Source: an uncultured Bacilli bacterium (GTDB lineage Bacteria; Bacillota_I; Bacilli_A; RF39; UBA660). Taken from it: 64,000 bases of DNA. The position numbers and the translations under genes were made by a program. The notes below the pieces were generated by a model. It saw only the letters and a program-made list of their open reading frames with translations, ran no database searches and was not told where the DNA came from. Each line of letters opens with the position of its first letter. Within the stretch, counting starts at the first letter, position 1. Positions 19,732 to 30,684 of this stretch are shown piece by piece. Location of the stretch: NCBI GenBank assembly GCA_947629035.1, contig CANRCE010000001.1:23037-87036 (forward strand), in the 5' to 3' direction.

Positions 19732-21204
19732 TTATTTGTTTGTTACTTTCTTCATTTGTGGGAATAAGACAACATCTCTTACTGAAGCCTGATTAAATAT
19801 AATCATCATAAGTCTATCTATTCCAAATCCCAATCCTGAAATTGGAGGCATTCCTTGTTCCATGGCAAGTAAGAAGTCTTCATCTAATTCCATAGTTTCA
19901 TCATCACCTTGAGCTTTAGCTTTTAATTGATCCTCAAAATTTTGTCTTTGAATAACAGGATCAACTAATTCAGAATAAGCTTTGCATAGTTCTGTTTTAC
20001 AAACAAGAACTTGAAAAACATCGATAATACGATTATCTTTATCATTTCTTCTAGCTAATGGTATTAAAACTGCAGGATAGTTATAGATAATTGTAGGTTC
20101 TATAATTTTCTCTCTTATTAATTTTTTATAACAAAAATCTATAATTTGGCTTAATGATTTATATTCTTCTAAATCAGCATAAGTAAATAGACCTTTTTCA
20201 ACAATTTTTTTCTTTAATTCTTGAGGGTCATCAATACTTAAAAAGTCAAAGCCATATATTTTTTGCATTTCTTCAACATAATTTATTCTTTTCCAATTGT
20301 CTTCACCAAAATCAATTTTATGTCCTTGATATTCAATTGTAGTACTTCCTATTAATTCCATAAGAAGTCCTCTTATAAACTTTTTATAAAACTTTATATT
20401 GTCTTCAAAATTCCAATAAGAAGCATACCACTCAACTTGAGTAAATTCTTGTAAATGTTCTGAATCCATGCCCTCATTTCTAAAACATTTTGCTACTTCA
20501 TATACACGATCAAAACCTCCAGCAATACATTGCTTTAGATAAGTTTCTGGCGCTATTCTTAAATTACAATCAATGTCTAGAGCATTATGATGGGTATAAA
20601 AAGGTCTTGCAGAAGCACCACATACGGCATTTTGTAATATTGGCGTTTCGACTTCTAAAAAACCATTTTCTCCTAAAAATCGATGAATATATGAATATAG
20701 TTTACTTCTTCCTAAAAAGACTTTTCTTGTATCTTCATTCATTATTAAGTCAACGTATCTTTGTCGATATTTCATTTCAACATCAGTTAATCCATGAAAT
20801 TTTTCAGGAAGAGGTCTTAATGCTTTACCTAAAAATTCAAAATTATGGGCTCTTAAAGTTTTTTCTCCAGTTTGTGTAGTAAAAATTTCACCAGTTGCCC
20901 CAATAAAATCACCAGTATCTATTTGTTTTTTGAAAAATTCATAGGCTTCTTCTCCTACTTCATCAATTTTTATCTCAAGTTGCATATCTCCTTCGATATC
21001 TCGAATACGAATAAAGCTTAACTTACCCATTTTTCGCATGAAAACAATTCGACCTGCTAAACTTACATTATCAGTTCCATCAGCAAGTAATTTAGCATCC
21101 TTTAGTGAGTGTGTTTTTTCAAATCTTTCAGGATAAGGATTGCAAAATTGTCTTATTTTATCTATTTTTTCTATCCTTACTAATTCTTGTTCTGCTCTTT
21201 GCAT
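19732..21204 (-). CDS. lysS: Lysyl-tRNA synthetase (class II)
   Basis: 490 aa. N-terminal NPYPERFEKTH LysRS signature, OB-fold anticodon domain, class II motifs including GLGFGIDRLMMI (motif 3). Confidence 0.9.
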   Translation of the reverse strand: MQRAEQELVRIEKIDKIRQFCNPYPERFEKTHSLKDAKLLADGTDNVSLAGRIVFMRKMGKLSFIRIRDIEGDMQLEIKIDEVGEEAYEFFKKQIDTGDFIGATGEIFTTQTGEKTLRAHNFEFLGKALRPLPEKFHGLTDVEMKYRQRYVDLIMNEDTRKVFLGRSKLYSYIHRFLGENGFLEVETPILQNAVCGASARPFYTHHNALDIDCNLRIAPETYLKQCIAGGFDRVYEVAKCFRNEGMDSEHLQEFTQVEWYASYWNFEDNIKFYKKFIRGLLMELIGSTTIEYQGHKIDFGEDNWKRINYVEEMQKIYGFDFLSIDDPQELKKKIVEKGLFTYADLEEYKSLSQIIDFCYKKLIREKIIEPTIIYNYPAVLIPLARRNDKDNRIIDVFQVLVCKTELCKAYSELVDPVIQRQNFEDQLKAKAQGDDETMELDEDFLLAMEQGMPPISGLGFGIDRLMMIIFNQASVRDVVLFPQMKKVTNK

Positions 21205-21208
21205 TTTA

Positions 21209-21799
21209 TTACCTTCTTTCTTCGATTACTTCTGTTTTAGCTATTATATCTTGTAATCCACGTTTATCCTTTCTATATAGTATCATAAAGGCACTTACTA
21301 TTATTAAAATTTCTTCGATTGTTGCAAGAAAATTATATCCTATAAAATAAATATTTTTATTTAATAAATTTATAAAGATGATATTAAATAAACCCGAAAT
21401 AATACTATAAATAATTATACTTCTTAATATTATTGCCTTAATACTTGGCGCTTCTTTAGTTTCTTTATCTACTATTTTTATTTTTAATAATTTTTTACCT
21501 ATGCTTTGACCTTTATTTAGATAAGTAAAGACTATATAGTATCCAATAGTTATTACACAGCTTATTATATTTACCATAATATTTTCTTTTTGAATTGAAT
21601 ATGTTAAATCTTTTGTTTGTGATAAATAATCATCAATGGTTACTTCTCCTTCCATATAATCATTCATAACATTGGATAGTTGCTCTTCATAGTCTTTGGT
21701 ATTCGTATTAATTCCTGCTGAAATAGTAGTAGAGATTAATAATACTAATATTAAGTCTATGATATAAGCCATTAATCTTTTAAAAAATCCTGCATTCAT
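21209..21799 (-). CDS. RDD family membrane protein
   Basis: 196 aa. N-terminal AGFFKRLMAYIIDLILV RDD-domain signature and three TM segments. Confidence 0.7.
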   Translation of the reverse strand: MNAGFFKRLMAYIIDLILVLLISTTISAGINTNTKDYEEQLSNVMNDYMEGEVTIDDYLSQTKDLTYSIQKENIMVNIISCVITIGYYIVFTYLNKGQSIGKKLLKIKIVDKETKEAPSIKAIILRSIIIYSIISGLFNIIFINLLNKNIYFIGYNFLATIEEILIIVSAFMILYRKDKRGLQDIIAKTEVIEERR

Positions 21800-21820
21800 T
21801 TTTTCATCTCCTCACAATTA

Positions 21821-22810
21821 TTATATACTATTTTCTATTTCTTTTAAATAGTTATTTAGAATTATTTTTAATTCTTCTTTGCTCTTAGCCTTGAAACAAA
21901 CATTTTTTATTTCTTGAGAGTGAGGTATTTTTTTTAAATACCAAGCAATATGGCTACGCATTTCTAAAATAGCTAATCTTTCTTCTTTAAATTGTAATAA
22001 ATAGTCTAAATGCTTTTGACACATCTTTATTCTATCTTGATATGTTGGTGGGGGTAATTTAATACCTTTTTCAAGATAAGTTACGATATCTCTTATTAAC
22101 CAAGGATTTCCTAGTGATCCTCTTCCAATCATAATAGCATCTACCTTGGTATATTCTAGCATGTGAATAGCACTTTCAATATCTATTATATCACCATTAC
22201 CAATTACAGGAATTTTAACACTTTCTTTTACTTGCTTTATGATATCTAGATCTACTTTTCCACTATATCCTGCTTTTCTTGTTCGGCCATGAATAGTTAT
22301 AGCTTTAGCTCCTGCTTGCTCACATATTTTAGCTACTTCAGAAGCATTAATGCTATTCTCATCCCAACCACTTCTTATTTTAACAGTTACAGGAATTGAA
22401 ACTGCTTTTACAACAGCACTTACAATTTCTTTTATTTTTTGAGGATTTTTTAATAAACCTGAACCTGCTTCTGATTTTATAGCTACTTTGGGTACGGGAC
22501 ATCCCATATTTATATCAATTATTTTAACGTTATACTCTTTTTGTAATATTATTGCTGCTTGAGCTAAAGTTTTTTCATTTGAACCAAATAATTGAACAGC
22601 AATGGGAATATTGATTTTATCAAAACCTATTAGCATATCTTTAGTCTTTTTATTATCTCTTACAATACCCTCGGCACTTATTAGTTCAGTTATGGCATAA
22701 GATACGCCCATTTCTTCGCATATTTTAATATAAGCTGGATTAGATACCCCTGCCATGGGAGCTAAAACAACTGGATTTTTAAATTTTATATTTCCAATAC
22801 TAAAAGACAT
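21821..22810 (-). CDS. dusB: tRNA-dihydrouridine synthase
   Basis: 329 aa. FKNPVVLAPMAGVSN..., TIM-barrel FMN site IDINMGCPVPKV. Keeps the dusB-lysS adjacency seen at the end of the B. subtilis folate operon. Confidence 0.85.
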   Translation of the reverse strand: MSFSIGNIKFKNPVVLAPMAGVSNPAYIKICEEMGVSYAITELISAEGIVRDNKKTKDMLIGFDKINIPIAVQLFGSNEKTLAQAAIILQKEYNVKIIDINMGCPVPKVAIKSEAGSGLLKNPQKIKEIVSAVVKAVSIPVTVKIRSGWDENSINASEVAKICEQAGAKAITIHGRTRKAGYSGKVDLDIIKQVKESVKIPVIGNGDIIDIESAIHMLEYTKVDAIMIGRGSLGNPWLIRDIVTYLEKGIKLPPPTYQDRIKMCQKHLDYLLQFKEERLAILEMRSHIAWYLKKIPHSQEIKNVCFKAKSKEELKIILNNYLKEIENSI

Positions 22811-22814
22811 ATAA

Positions 22815-23669
22815 TCACTTCACAATCTCATAAAATTCTTGAGGCGTTTTAGCTTCAATAGTTACTAATTTATTAGTTCTTGGATCAACAAATTCTAAAA
22901 GATTAGCATGTAACATAAGACGACATTTGGTTTTATCATGATATTTTTTATCTCCTAAAATTGGAGTATTATTTTCACTAAAATGAACTCTTATTTGATT
23001 TCTTCTTCCTGTCAAAATATTTACTTGTAAGAGAGTATATTTTTTTCCTGTTTTTAATACTTTATATTCAGTTATAGCTTCTTTACCATCTTTTGTTTTA
23101 GAAGAATATACAATTCCATTTTTATTTTCTTTTAAATAACTATGAAAAATGCCCTCTTTTTTTATTTTACCGTTTATAACAGCAATATAATTTCTTTTTT
23201 TGACAATTTTATTCCAATTGTCTTGAAAAAGATGTTTAATTTTCTCTGATTTGGCAAACATTAAAACTCCAGAAGTTTCTTCATCTAAACGATGAATTGT
23301 AAATAAATAAGTATTTGGTTCTTTACTTCTTACATATTCTCTTACCATTTTAAATGCTGTTATATTTTTTTCTTTTTTATTTGCTATTGATAATAAACCA
23401 CTTGGTTTATTAATGGCAATAATATCACTATCTTCATATAATATTTCTAAATCATTATTTATTTTTCTATTACCGTAATATATAACTATATTATCATTTA
23501 CTTCTAATACATGGTTTGCTTTAGTAATAATTTTATTATTTACTTCAATCATTTCATATTTTAAATATTGTTTAATTTTATTTTTAGATAAATCTTTTTT
23601 TTTCATTATTAAATAATCTAATAATGGAAGTGATTTTTCTACAATAAAAGTTTCTTTCTTTAAATTCAT
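22815..23669 (-). CDS. RluA-family pseudouridine synthase (RluD-like)
   Basis: 284 aa. S4-like N-terminus and catalytic HRLDEETSGVLMFAK motif. Confidence 0.8.
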   Translation of the reverse strand: MNLKKETFIVEKSLPLLDYLIMKKKDLSKNKIKQYLKYEMIEVNNKIITKANHVLEVNDNIVIYYGNRKINNDLEILYEDSDIIAINKPSGLLSIANKKEKNITAFKMVREYVRSKEPNTYLFTIHRLDEETSGVLMFAKSEKIKHLFQDNWNKIVKKRNYIAVINGKIKKEGIFHSYLKENKNGIVYSSKTKDGKEAITEYKVLKTGKKYTLLQVNILTGRRNQIRVHFSENNTPILGDKKYHDKTKCRLMLHANLLEFVDPRTNKLVTIEAKTPQEFYEIVK

Positions 23670-23767
23670 GATAACTCCTTTTTAATTTTTCTTTATTTTA
23701 TCATAATTTTATTAAAAAATAAATATTTAATTTTTTTAGAATATAGAAAAAAAACAGAATTATCTGT

Positions 23768-24469
23768 TTATTTCATTATTAATTTTTTTATTAAACTATT
23801 TCTTGATTCATAATCTTTAAAAGCATAAGTTTCTTTTATATATTCATCATAAAAATCCATTTGCTTTAATCCATCATACAATTCTTGTGATACACCAACA
23901 TACATATTGGCTTCTTCGTCAGTTAATTCATAAATTATTTTATTATCCCTTAATGTTGTTTCAAATTCTTTATTTTGATATTCTAAATATGGAGTATATA
24001 ATATAAAATTATTTGGTAATGAATAACCATGATTTTCTTTGACTAACAGTTTTGTTTGATCTTTATTATCACAAAAAATACTATTATATTTAATTACTTG
24101 ATGATAATAATAGGCATCTTCAAGAGCAACGTAACCATCACTTATCTCATCATTTAATTTGACAATGTAATAATCATTTTCTTCTTTTATTTTATTTACA
24201 ATATTTTTATCATAACAATCTGTAAGTAAATTACAAACACTATAGCCTTTTGGTACTTTATAACCTATCGTTTTATCATCTAAAGTTACAGGCTCTAATA
24301 ATTTCCAAACTCTATTTTCTTCATTAGAATATACTTGTTCATGAATGATATTTTCTTTGTATCTTTTTTGTATTGGATTTACTTCACTTTTTATTGATAC
24401 AAAACCTATAATAGCTAAAGCAAATGCAGTTATTTGTTTTTTTCTTTTATTATTAATTGAATCTAACAT
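23768..24469 (-). CDS. Hypothetical membrane-anchored protein
   Basis: Track ORF is 260 aa. ATG at 24469 (MLDSINNKRKK...) has a strong RBS GGGAGG 8 nt upstream, giving a 233-aa product with one N-terminal TM. Confidence 0.45.
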   Translation of the reverse strand: MLDSINNKRKKQITAFALAIIGFVSIKSEVNPIQKRYKENIIHEQVYSNEENRVWKLLEPVTLDDKTIGYKVPKGYSVCNLLTDCYDKNIVNKIKEENDYYIVKLNDEISDGYVALEDAYYYHQVIKYNSIFCDNKDQTKLLVKENHGYSLPNNFILYTPYLEYQNKEFETTLRDNKIIYELTDEEANMYVGVSQELYDGLKQMDFYDEYIKETYAFKDYESRNSLIKKLIMK

Positions 24470-24600
24470 TTTTAATACCTCCCTTTTTTCGAATACATAT
24501 TTTATAACAAATAGTTGCATTTTGTCAAGTTTAGATAAAAAATATATCATTGCTTTAGATCAATTTAAGATTTAAAAAATATAGACTTTTTGCCTATATT

Positions 24601-25035
24601 TTATTTATGATATGTTTCATTATTTAATATTTTAAAACTACGATAAATTTGCTCTAATAACATTACTCTAAATAGTTGATGAGGAAAAGTTAATTTGGAA
24701 AATGATAGTGCATAGTTACTTATTTTTTTTATGTCTTCATGTAATCCTAATGAACTTCCGATAATAAAGGTAATATTAAAGTGGGTTATAAATATTTTAT
24801 CTAATTTACAAGCAAGCTCTAGTGATGAAATTGCTTGCCCTTCAATTTCTAAAGTTATAATATAATCTTTTTTATCTATTTTTTTTAATATATTATCTTT
24901 TTCATCTTCTAAATTACTATCTAATACTTCAATTATTTCTATTTTATGATATTTATTTATTCTTTTTAAATAATCCTCTATTGCTTGTTTTAAATATTGT
25001 TCTTTAATTTTACCTACACATATTATTTTTATCAT
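24601..25035 (-). CDS. rlmH: 23S rRNA (pseudouridine1915-N3)-methyltransferase
   Basis: 144 aa. MIKIICVGKIK...YLKRI..Y..IEIIEV N-terminus and C-terminal TFPHQLFRVMLLEQIYRSFKILNNETYHK, both typical RlmH (SPOUT). Confidence 0.85.
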   Translation of the reverse strand: MIKIICVGKIKEQYLKQAIEDYLKRINKYHKIEIIEVLDSNLEDEKDNILKKIDKKDYIITLEIEGQAISSLELACKLDKIFITHFNITFIIGSSLGLHEDIKKISNYALSFSKLTFPHQLFRVMLLEQIYRSFKILNNETYHK

Positions 25036-25790
25036 ACCTCTACAACTTCCGTTTCTTTATTTTGATGAGCAATTATTATATTATCTACTTTTTTGCCTTC
25101 ACTATTTAATCTATCAAGTAAAGTATTTAATGCTAAACTTTCAGTATTATTTTCTTCTGATAAATGAGCTAACATGATACATTTAGTATTTTTTCCAGTA
25201 AATTCTGCTAGATATTTAGAGGAGTCATAATTTGATAAATGCCCTTTATCAGATAAAATTCTTTTCCTTGTTTCATATGGATAACTACTGTTATTTAACA
25301 TTTCAATATCATGATTAGATTCCATAATATATACATTACGATTTTTTAAAATTTCAAAATATTTTCTATTAATATATCCTGTATCAGTAATATATACAAT
25401 TGATGAATCGTTATTATTTACAATAAAGCCTATCGAATCATTGGTATCATGGGAGGTTTTTATGATATCAATACTTAAATCTTTTATTTTTATATTATCA
25501 CTATCTATTAATTCATAATTAAACTCATAATCAAAATCAGGTAACATTTTCGAAGTTATATATACTTTTGTATGATGTTTTTTATAGAATACTTTTAATC
25601 CTTTAACATGATCACTATGAGTATGGGTTATTAAGATAGCATCTAAATTATTTGGTTCAACATTTAATCCTTTTAATTTTTCCACTACATATTTATAACT
25701 ATTACCAATATCTATAAGAATTTTGGCATTTTTAGTTTCAATATAAGTAGTATTGCCTTTACTACCACTTGATAAAACTATTACTTTCAT
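25032..25790 (-). CDS. walJ: MBL-fold metallo-hydrolase, YycJ/WalJ-like
   Basis: 252 aa. MKVIVLSSGSKGNTTYIE..., HxHxDH motif (ITHTHSDHVKG). Lies between the helicase-proximal M23 gene and rlmH, as yycJ does in Bacilli. Confidence 0.7.
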   Translation of the reverse strand: MKVIVLSSGSKGNTTYIETKNAKILIDIGNSYKYVVEKLKGLNVEPNNLDAILITHTHSDHVKGLKVFYKKHHTKVYITSKMLPDFDYEFNYELIDSDNIKIKDLSIDIIKTSHDTNDSIGFIVNNNDSSIVYITDTGYINRKYFEILKNRNVYIMESNHDIEMLNNSSYPYETRKRILSDKGHLSNYDSSKYLAEFTGKNTKCIMLAHLSEENNTESLALNTLLDRLNSEGKKVDNIIIAHQNKETEVVEV

Positions 25791-27295
25791 TTATACAAAT
25801 TAAGTGGATTCATCGTTGAACCATAAGCTGAACCTACAAAAACACCAAAATGTAAATGCGTTCCAGCATATGGGTTAGCTGAAGATGGTACTGGATCAAC
25901 ATCACCAGTATTACCCATTGTGCCAATTTTTTGACCTCTCTCTACAGTTTGACCAACGTTTACACTAATAGTATTCATGTGCATATATATTGTATAGTAT
26001 CCTCCGATATTATGATTTATTAGGACAAAATTTCCTTGTGCTCCATTACATTTTACATAACCTGGAGTACATCCTGTTCCTATTCTTTCTACTGTTCCAT
26101 TATTAGCAGCATATATATTTGAACCGAAACCAGTTCCCGAAATATCAATCGCTGCGTGGAATGATCCCCATCTCCATTCATAACCAGTTGTTAATACATA
26201 AGGTCTCTCTGTTGGCCATGCCCAATATGATAAATCGGCAACATTTGGTACATAACGATCTCCTTTTACAACAACTCTATTTACTGCAGGTTTAATTTCT
26301 GTTGCACTTACGTTAGTTGAATCAGCAAGTTGACCATTTATATATTGATATTTTCTTACTACTTGGTAAAGTCCATTTTCACCTTCTCTTAAAGTTTCTT
26401 CTTGGCCTATTACTTTAGTACTATCATATTGTATTTCAGTATCAAAAGCTCTTTCTTCTTCTTCAACACTATGAATATCCACAACAATACTTATAATGGG
26501 ATCAATTAAATCAACTACTACTTCTTGACCTTCATATAATAAATTATTTTCACTTGATAAATCTAAATTGGCTATTAGAAATTCTTTAACATTTAATTTA
26601 TTATTATTAGCAACTTCTTCGATAGTTTCTCCTTCCTTAACGATGTAGGTGTTTCTATCTTTGGTTGTTCCATATAATAAATATTTAGTTAATTCATCAA
26701 CATCAGTGAATATTTTTTCATCAGTGGAAATATAATTTTCTTTATATGTTACTTTTTCTAACATATCAATATTTTCAATTAAACTTCCAGTGTCTTTTAT
26801 TTCCTCTTGGGTGCCATTCATAAAATTATTGTAATCTTCACTATCTACAAAGACATTAATTGTTTTTTCTAAAGCTTCATCAAAAATATCTTTAGATAAA
26901 ACATTTATTATTTTGTCTTCTTTATCTTCTTCATTACTTTTTATGGTTATTGTATATCCCTTTATAGTAAATTTTTTGTTTGCTATAATTTTTGTATATA
27001 CATAATCATTACTATCAACTTTATTATTATAAGTTACAACTTTTTTTAATTCTACTCCTTTAGGTGTATAAACTGTATTTACTTGATAACGTTGTTTGAT
27101 TACTTCTTCTTTTTCATTAATGAATTCTTCGAAATCTTCTTTTGAAGAAACTGTTCCTATAACTTGACCATCTAGATATACTTTATATACTGTTATAGGA
27201 TCTTTATTATCTTTAGTATTGAATCCTAAAAGAAAGATTGATAAGCCTATGATAATTGTTGTAATTATCATAGAAATACTCCATTTAGTTTGCAC
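25787..27295 (-). CDS. M23 family metallopeptidase with N-terminal TM and LysM-like domain
   Basis: 502 aa. C-terminal LytM signature (HxxxD..., GTHLHFGVFVGS). A LysM-like segment (KEGETIEEVANNNKLNVKEFLIANLDL) lies upstream. Confidence 0.8.
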   Translation of the reverse strand: MQTKWSISMIITTIIIGLSIFLLGFNTKDNKDPITVYKVYLDGQVIGTVSSKEDFEEFINEKEEVIKQRYQVNTVYTPKGVELKKVVTYNNKVDSNDYVYTKIIANKKFTIKGYTITIKSNEEDKEDKIINVLSKDIFDEALEKTINVFVDSEDYNNFMNGTQEEIKDTGSLIENIDMLEKVTYKENYISTDEKIFTDVDELTKYLLYGTTKDRNTYIVKEGETIEEVANNNKLNVKEFLIANLDLSSENNLLYEGQEVVVDLIDPIISIVVDIHSVEEEERAFDTEIQYDSTKVIGQEETLREGENGLYQVVRKYQYINGQLADSTNVSATEIKPAVNRVVVKGDRYVPNVADLSYWAWPTERPYVLTTGYEWRWGSFHAAIDISGTGFGSNIYAANNGTVERIGTGCTPGYVKCNGAQGNFVLINHNIGGYYTIYMHMNTISVNVGQTVERGQKIGTMGNTGDVDPVPSSANPYAGTHLHFGVFVGSAYGSTMNPLNLYK

Positions 27296-28628
27296 TATTT
27301 ACCACTTCCTTTTTTAACGATAAGAAAGTCGATGTTTGCTTTTTAAATAATAAATCGATTGTCTTACATGGTCCATTACGATGTTTTAAAATAATAAGCT
27401 CAATTGGTATTGGAACTTCATCATTTGTTGTTTCATCTGCTTTAGGATTATGTAGAGCTGCTACAATATCGGCATCTTGCTCTATTGCTCCAGATTCTCT
27501 TAAATCACTAAGTACTGGTTTCTTATCTTCTCTTTTTTCAACATTTCTTGACAATTGTGATAAAGCTATTACAGGAACTTCTAATTCTAAAGCCATTGTT
27601 TTTAAATTTCTTGAAATTTCAGATACTTCTTGCTGTCTTGAACCAGAATATCTACTTGAAGAATCAATTAACTGTAAATAATCAATGATTACTAATCCCA
27701 GTCCTTCGCCTTGAGTTGCTAATCTTCGACATTTAGCTTTAATTTCAGCTGGAGTTACACTACCAGCATCATGAAAATAAATATTAGTATCGGCAAGTTG
27801 GCTAATAGCTTCATTTACTCGACGCCAATCTTCATTTTCCATTCTTCCTGTTTGAAGTTTTTTATTATCAATTTGTCCTAGTGAACTTATCATTCTTGAA
27901 ATTAGTTGTTCGGCTGGCATTTCTAGCGAAAAGATAGCAATATTTTTTTTAGTTGTTTTAGCTGCTGCCATTCCTACATTTAGAGCAAACGCTGTTTTAC
28001 CAACGGCAGGTCTAGCTGCAATTACAATAAGTTGAGTTGGATGTAATCCTTCAGTTAGAGCATCTAAATCTCCAAGACCAGTAGTTAGCCCTGTTAATTT
28101 TCCTTTATTTTTAGCTAGCATTTCTAAATCTTCTTGAGTTTTACTTAAAACCTCTTGAATGCTTCGAAAACTAGTTGTTCTTCTTAATTTTGTAATATTT
28201 AAAATATTTCTTTCGGCTTCGTCGATAGTATTACTCACATCAGATTCAGGATCTGATGCTTTAGTTACTATTTGGGTAGCTACTTCAATCATTCTTCTTA
28301 AAGTATATTTTTCATAAACTTTATTTATATAATATTCAATATTTGCCCCAGTTGCTACACTATCAGTAATTTCATTTAAATATTCTACTCCCCCAATTTG
28401 ACTTAATAAATTTCTATTTACTAATTCAGATACAACAGTATCTATTTCAACCGGTTGCTTACTTTCGTAGAGATCTTTTATTACTTCAAATAATTTAGCA
28501 TGACTATCTAAATAAAATAACTCTTTTTGCACCTCTTCGCAGGCTTTTTGAAGAGAATCTTTAGACCAAAAAAGAGATCCTAAAAGAGCTTTTTCGGCTT
28601 CGATATTTTTGGGCATTTCTTTATTCAC
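27285..28628 (-). CDS. dnaB: Replicative DNA helicase (DnaB family)
   Basis: 447 aa. Walker A ARPAVGKTAFALN, RecA-like C-terminal domain, DnaB N-terminal domain. Confidence 0.95.
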   Translation of the reverse strand: MNKEMPKNIEAEKALLGSLFWSKDSLQKACEEVQKELFYLDSHAKLFEVIKDLYESKQPVEIDTVVSELVNRNLLSQIGGVEYLNEITDSVATGANIEYYINKVYEKYTLRRMIEVATQIVTKASDPESDVSNTIDEAERNILNITKLRRTTSFRSIQEVLSKTQEDLEMLAKNKGKLTGLTTGLGDLDALTEGLHPTQLIVIAARPAVGKTAFALNVGMAAAKTTKKNIAIFSLEMPAEQLISRMISSLGQIDNKKLQTGRMENEDWRRVNEAISQLADTNIYFHDAGSVTPAEIKAKCRRLATQGEGLGLVIIDYLQLIDSSSRYSGSRQQEVSEISRNLKTMALELEVPVIALSQLSRNVEKREDKKPVLSDLRESGAIEQDADIVAALHNPKADETTNDEVPIPIELIILKHRNGPCKTIDLLFKKQTSTFLSLKKEVVNSAN

Positions 28629-28639
28629 AGTAAAATCAC

Positions 28640-29083
28640 CTACTTCTTTTCTAATTTTATTTTTAAATTAGCATTTACTTTTTTATGAAGAATTACTTCA
28701 ATGTCATAATAACCTAATGAAGAAATAGGGGTTTTTATATTTATATTTTTCTTATCAATATTATAACCTAATTTCGATAATTCTTCTTCAATTTGTTTTG
28801 AGGAAATACTTCCAAAGACTTTATCATTTTTACCACAGGTAACTTTAAATATTAATGTTTCTTTTTCTATTTTTTCTTTAATATTGTTTGCTTCTTTAAT
28901 TAGTGCTTCCTCTTTTTTAGCATTATTTTTTAAATCTTCATTTAATTTTTCACCACTTGTTTTTGTATATTTAACAGCATAACCATTTTTAATTAAAAAG
29001 TTTGTAGCATAACCATCACTTACTTCTTTTACTTCATTTACTTTTCCTTGTTTTTTTAAATCTTTTATAAATATTACTTTCAT
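28640..29083 (-). CDS. rplI: 50S ribosomal protein L9
   Basis: 147 aa. [14 protein letters not shown]...V.DGYA.NFLI L9 N-terminal signature. Confidence 0.9.
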   Translation of the reverse strand: MKVIFIKDLKKQGKVNEVKEVSDGYATNFLIKNGYAVKYTKTSGEKLNEDLKNNAKKEEALIKEANNIKEKIEKETLIFKVTCGKNDKVFGSISSKQIEEELSKLGYNIDKKNINIKTPISSLGYYDIEVILHKKVNANLKIKLEKK

Positions 29084-29349
29084 ATCTCTACCACCCTTTG
29101 TAATAAATATTATACAATATATTTTTATACTTGTCTAGAAAGCTCTAAAAAAAAGAAGACAAATATTTTAAAATAATAAACAATAATCTAGAAATTAAAT
29201 ATAATAATACTAAATTAATCTATAATTTTTGGTATATGAAAATAGACAAAAAATCATTAAAAAAAATAGCTTTTTCACTTCTTTAAAATTAGTTATTAAG
29301 CTATTTTATTATTTAATAATTTTTTTACTTTCTACTTTTTATATGATTG

Positions 29350-30684
29350 TTATTTTAATGTTTTGAATTTTCTTAAAGCAAGATAGATTCCAAAACCAAC
29401 TAATATTATTGATATTACTATAAATATAATATTTTGACCTGTATTACTCTTTGTATTTTCCATATTATTTTTATCTAATGTTAAATAAATTGATGAGCCT
29501 TCTTTTAAATCACTAAAATCTACAGTTTTATCATTATCAGCACTGGTATAAAAACCTGTTAAGTTATCAGTTGGTTGTAAATTTAGCGATGATTTTAATT
29601 CTTCTTTTAATAAAGATACATTTTCACTTTTTGAATAATCTCTTGTTGGTACATCTAATTGTGTTTTTTGACCATCTAAAATAACATTTAATTTCATAGT
29701 AGGTACTAAACTTCCTGATTTAAAATTACTATCTACACTTTTTACAGCACTTTCATTATATTTTACTGTACCAATACTAGATTCCCCTTTTGCATTTTTT
29801 ACTGTTGCTAATTTTAAATTAGAAACGTTTCCTCCGGTTATATTTAAATTAGCTTTTTCAACAGTTGCATTTGCTGGTGTTCCAACATAAACGGTATCTA
29901 TTTTACCATCACTTATTGTAATACTCGCATCGCCATTTGCACCACGCATTCCATGTTGAACATTGGTAATTGTTCCTCCAGTTATATCAAGAGTTGAATT
30001 TCCTGTGTAACCATTTACTCCTCCAGGAATAGCAAATCCATAAGTACCTCCACTTACTTTAACAGTTGCGCCTTTAGTGTAACTAATTCCTTCTCCTCCA
30101 CCATAAATGGCACTTACTTTATTTGCACTTTTTGTGGTTACTCCAGTTCCACCTGTTACTGTTACATTAGCATTTTCTACTATAGTTGGAGAATTTTTAG
30201 CATCAGATGAATACCAAGTTTTAGCATCATCATCTTTTATAAAAGATGCAGCTCCTCCTCCACAAATATCTCCTGATAATGTTCCACCTTTTACAATGAC
30301 ATTAGAAGTTTTTACTTTACTTTTATGTAATCCTCCTCCGAAAATATTATTTACTTTACCATTTTCCATTGTTATTGAAGTAGTTGGTATTTCCTTTTCA
30401 TTATTATGAGCACCACCAAATACATTAACATTATCATCTACTACTTGGCTACCACCTTTCCAAGTAATTAATGTTTTTCCATTATCCGTAGTTATTACAA
30501 TTGGAACACCATTAGCAAAAAATAACTTATTAACACTATCATAACATGGAATTCCAATTTCTGTACTTGCACCACATACTTTGGCATCGTTACCAGTTGC
30601 TTCTGTTGTTGAGGCTTTAACATTTAAAGATGCTGTTGCCATTAAACAAATAGATATAAATAAAAATATAATCTTCTTTTTCAT
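29350..30684 (-). CDS. Cell-surface protein with Gly-rich beta-helix-like repeats, N-terminal signal peptide and C-terminal TM anchor
   Basis: 444 aa. Signal peptide MKKKIIFLFISICLMATASLNVKA. Many G-G-x/T-x-T-G-G repeats (VTVTGGTGVT, VKVSGGTYGF, ITGGTITNV, ITGGNVSNL). C-terminal hydrophobic anchor IIFIVISIILVGFGIYLAL-RKFK. Confidence 0.55.
   Translation of the reverse strand: MKKKIIFLFISICLMATASLNVKASTTEATGNDAKVCGASTEIGIPCYDSVNKLFFANGVPIVITTDNGKTLITWKGGSQVVDDNVNVFGGAHNNEKEIPTTSITMENGKVNNIFGGGLHKSKVKTSNVIVKGGTLSGDICGGGAASFIKDDDAKTWYSSDAKNSPTIVENANVTVTGGTGVTTKSANKVSAIYGGGEGISYTKGATVKVSGGTYGFAIPGGVNGYTGNSTLDITGGTITNVQHGMRGANGDASITISDGKIDTVYVGTPANATVEKANLNITGGNVSNLKLATVKNAKGESSIGTVKYNESAVKSVDSNFKSGSLVPTMKLNVILDGQKTQLDVPTRDYSKSENVSLLKEELKSSLNLQPTDNLTGFYTSADNDKTVDFSDLKEGSSIYLTLDKNNMENTKSNTGQNIIFIVISIILVGFGIYLALRKFKTLK

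Noticed and set aside
25787-27295. Possibility that the helicase-proximal M23/LysM protein is a phage endolysin
   Set aside because: It has an N-terminal TM anchor and a long spacer typical of housekeeping LytM-type septal peptidases, and it sits in a conserved chromosomal context (dnaB-walJ-rlmH). No phage genes are nearby.
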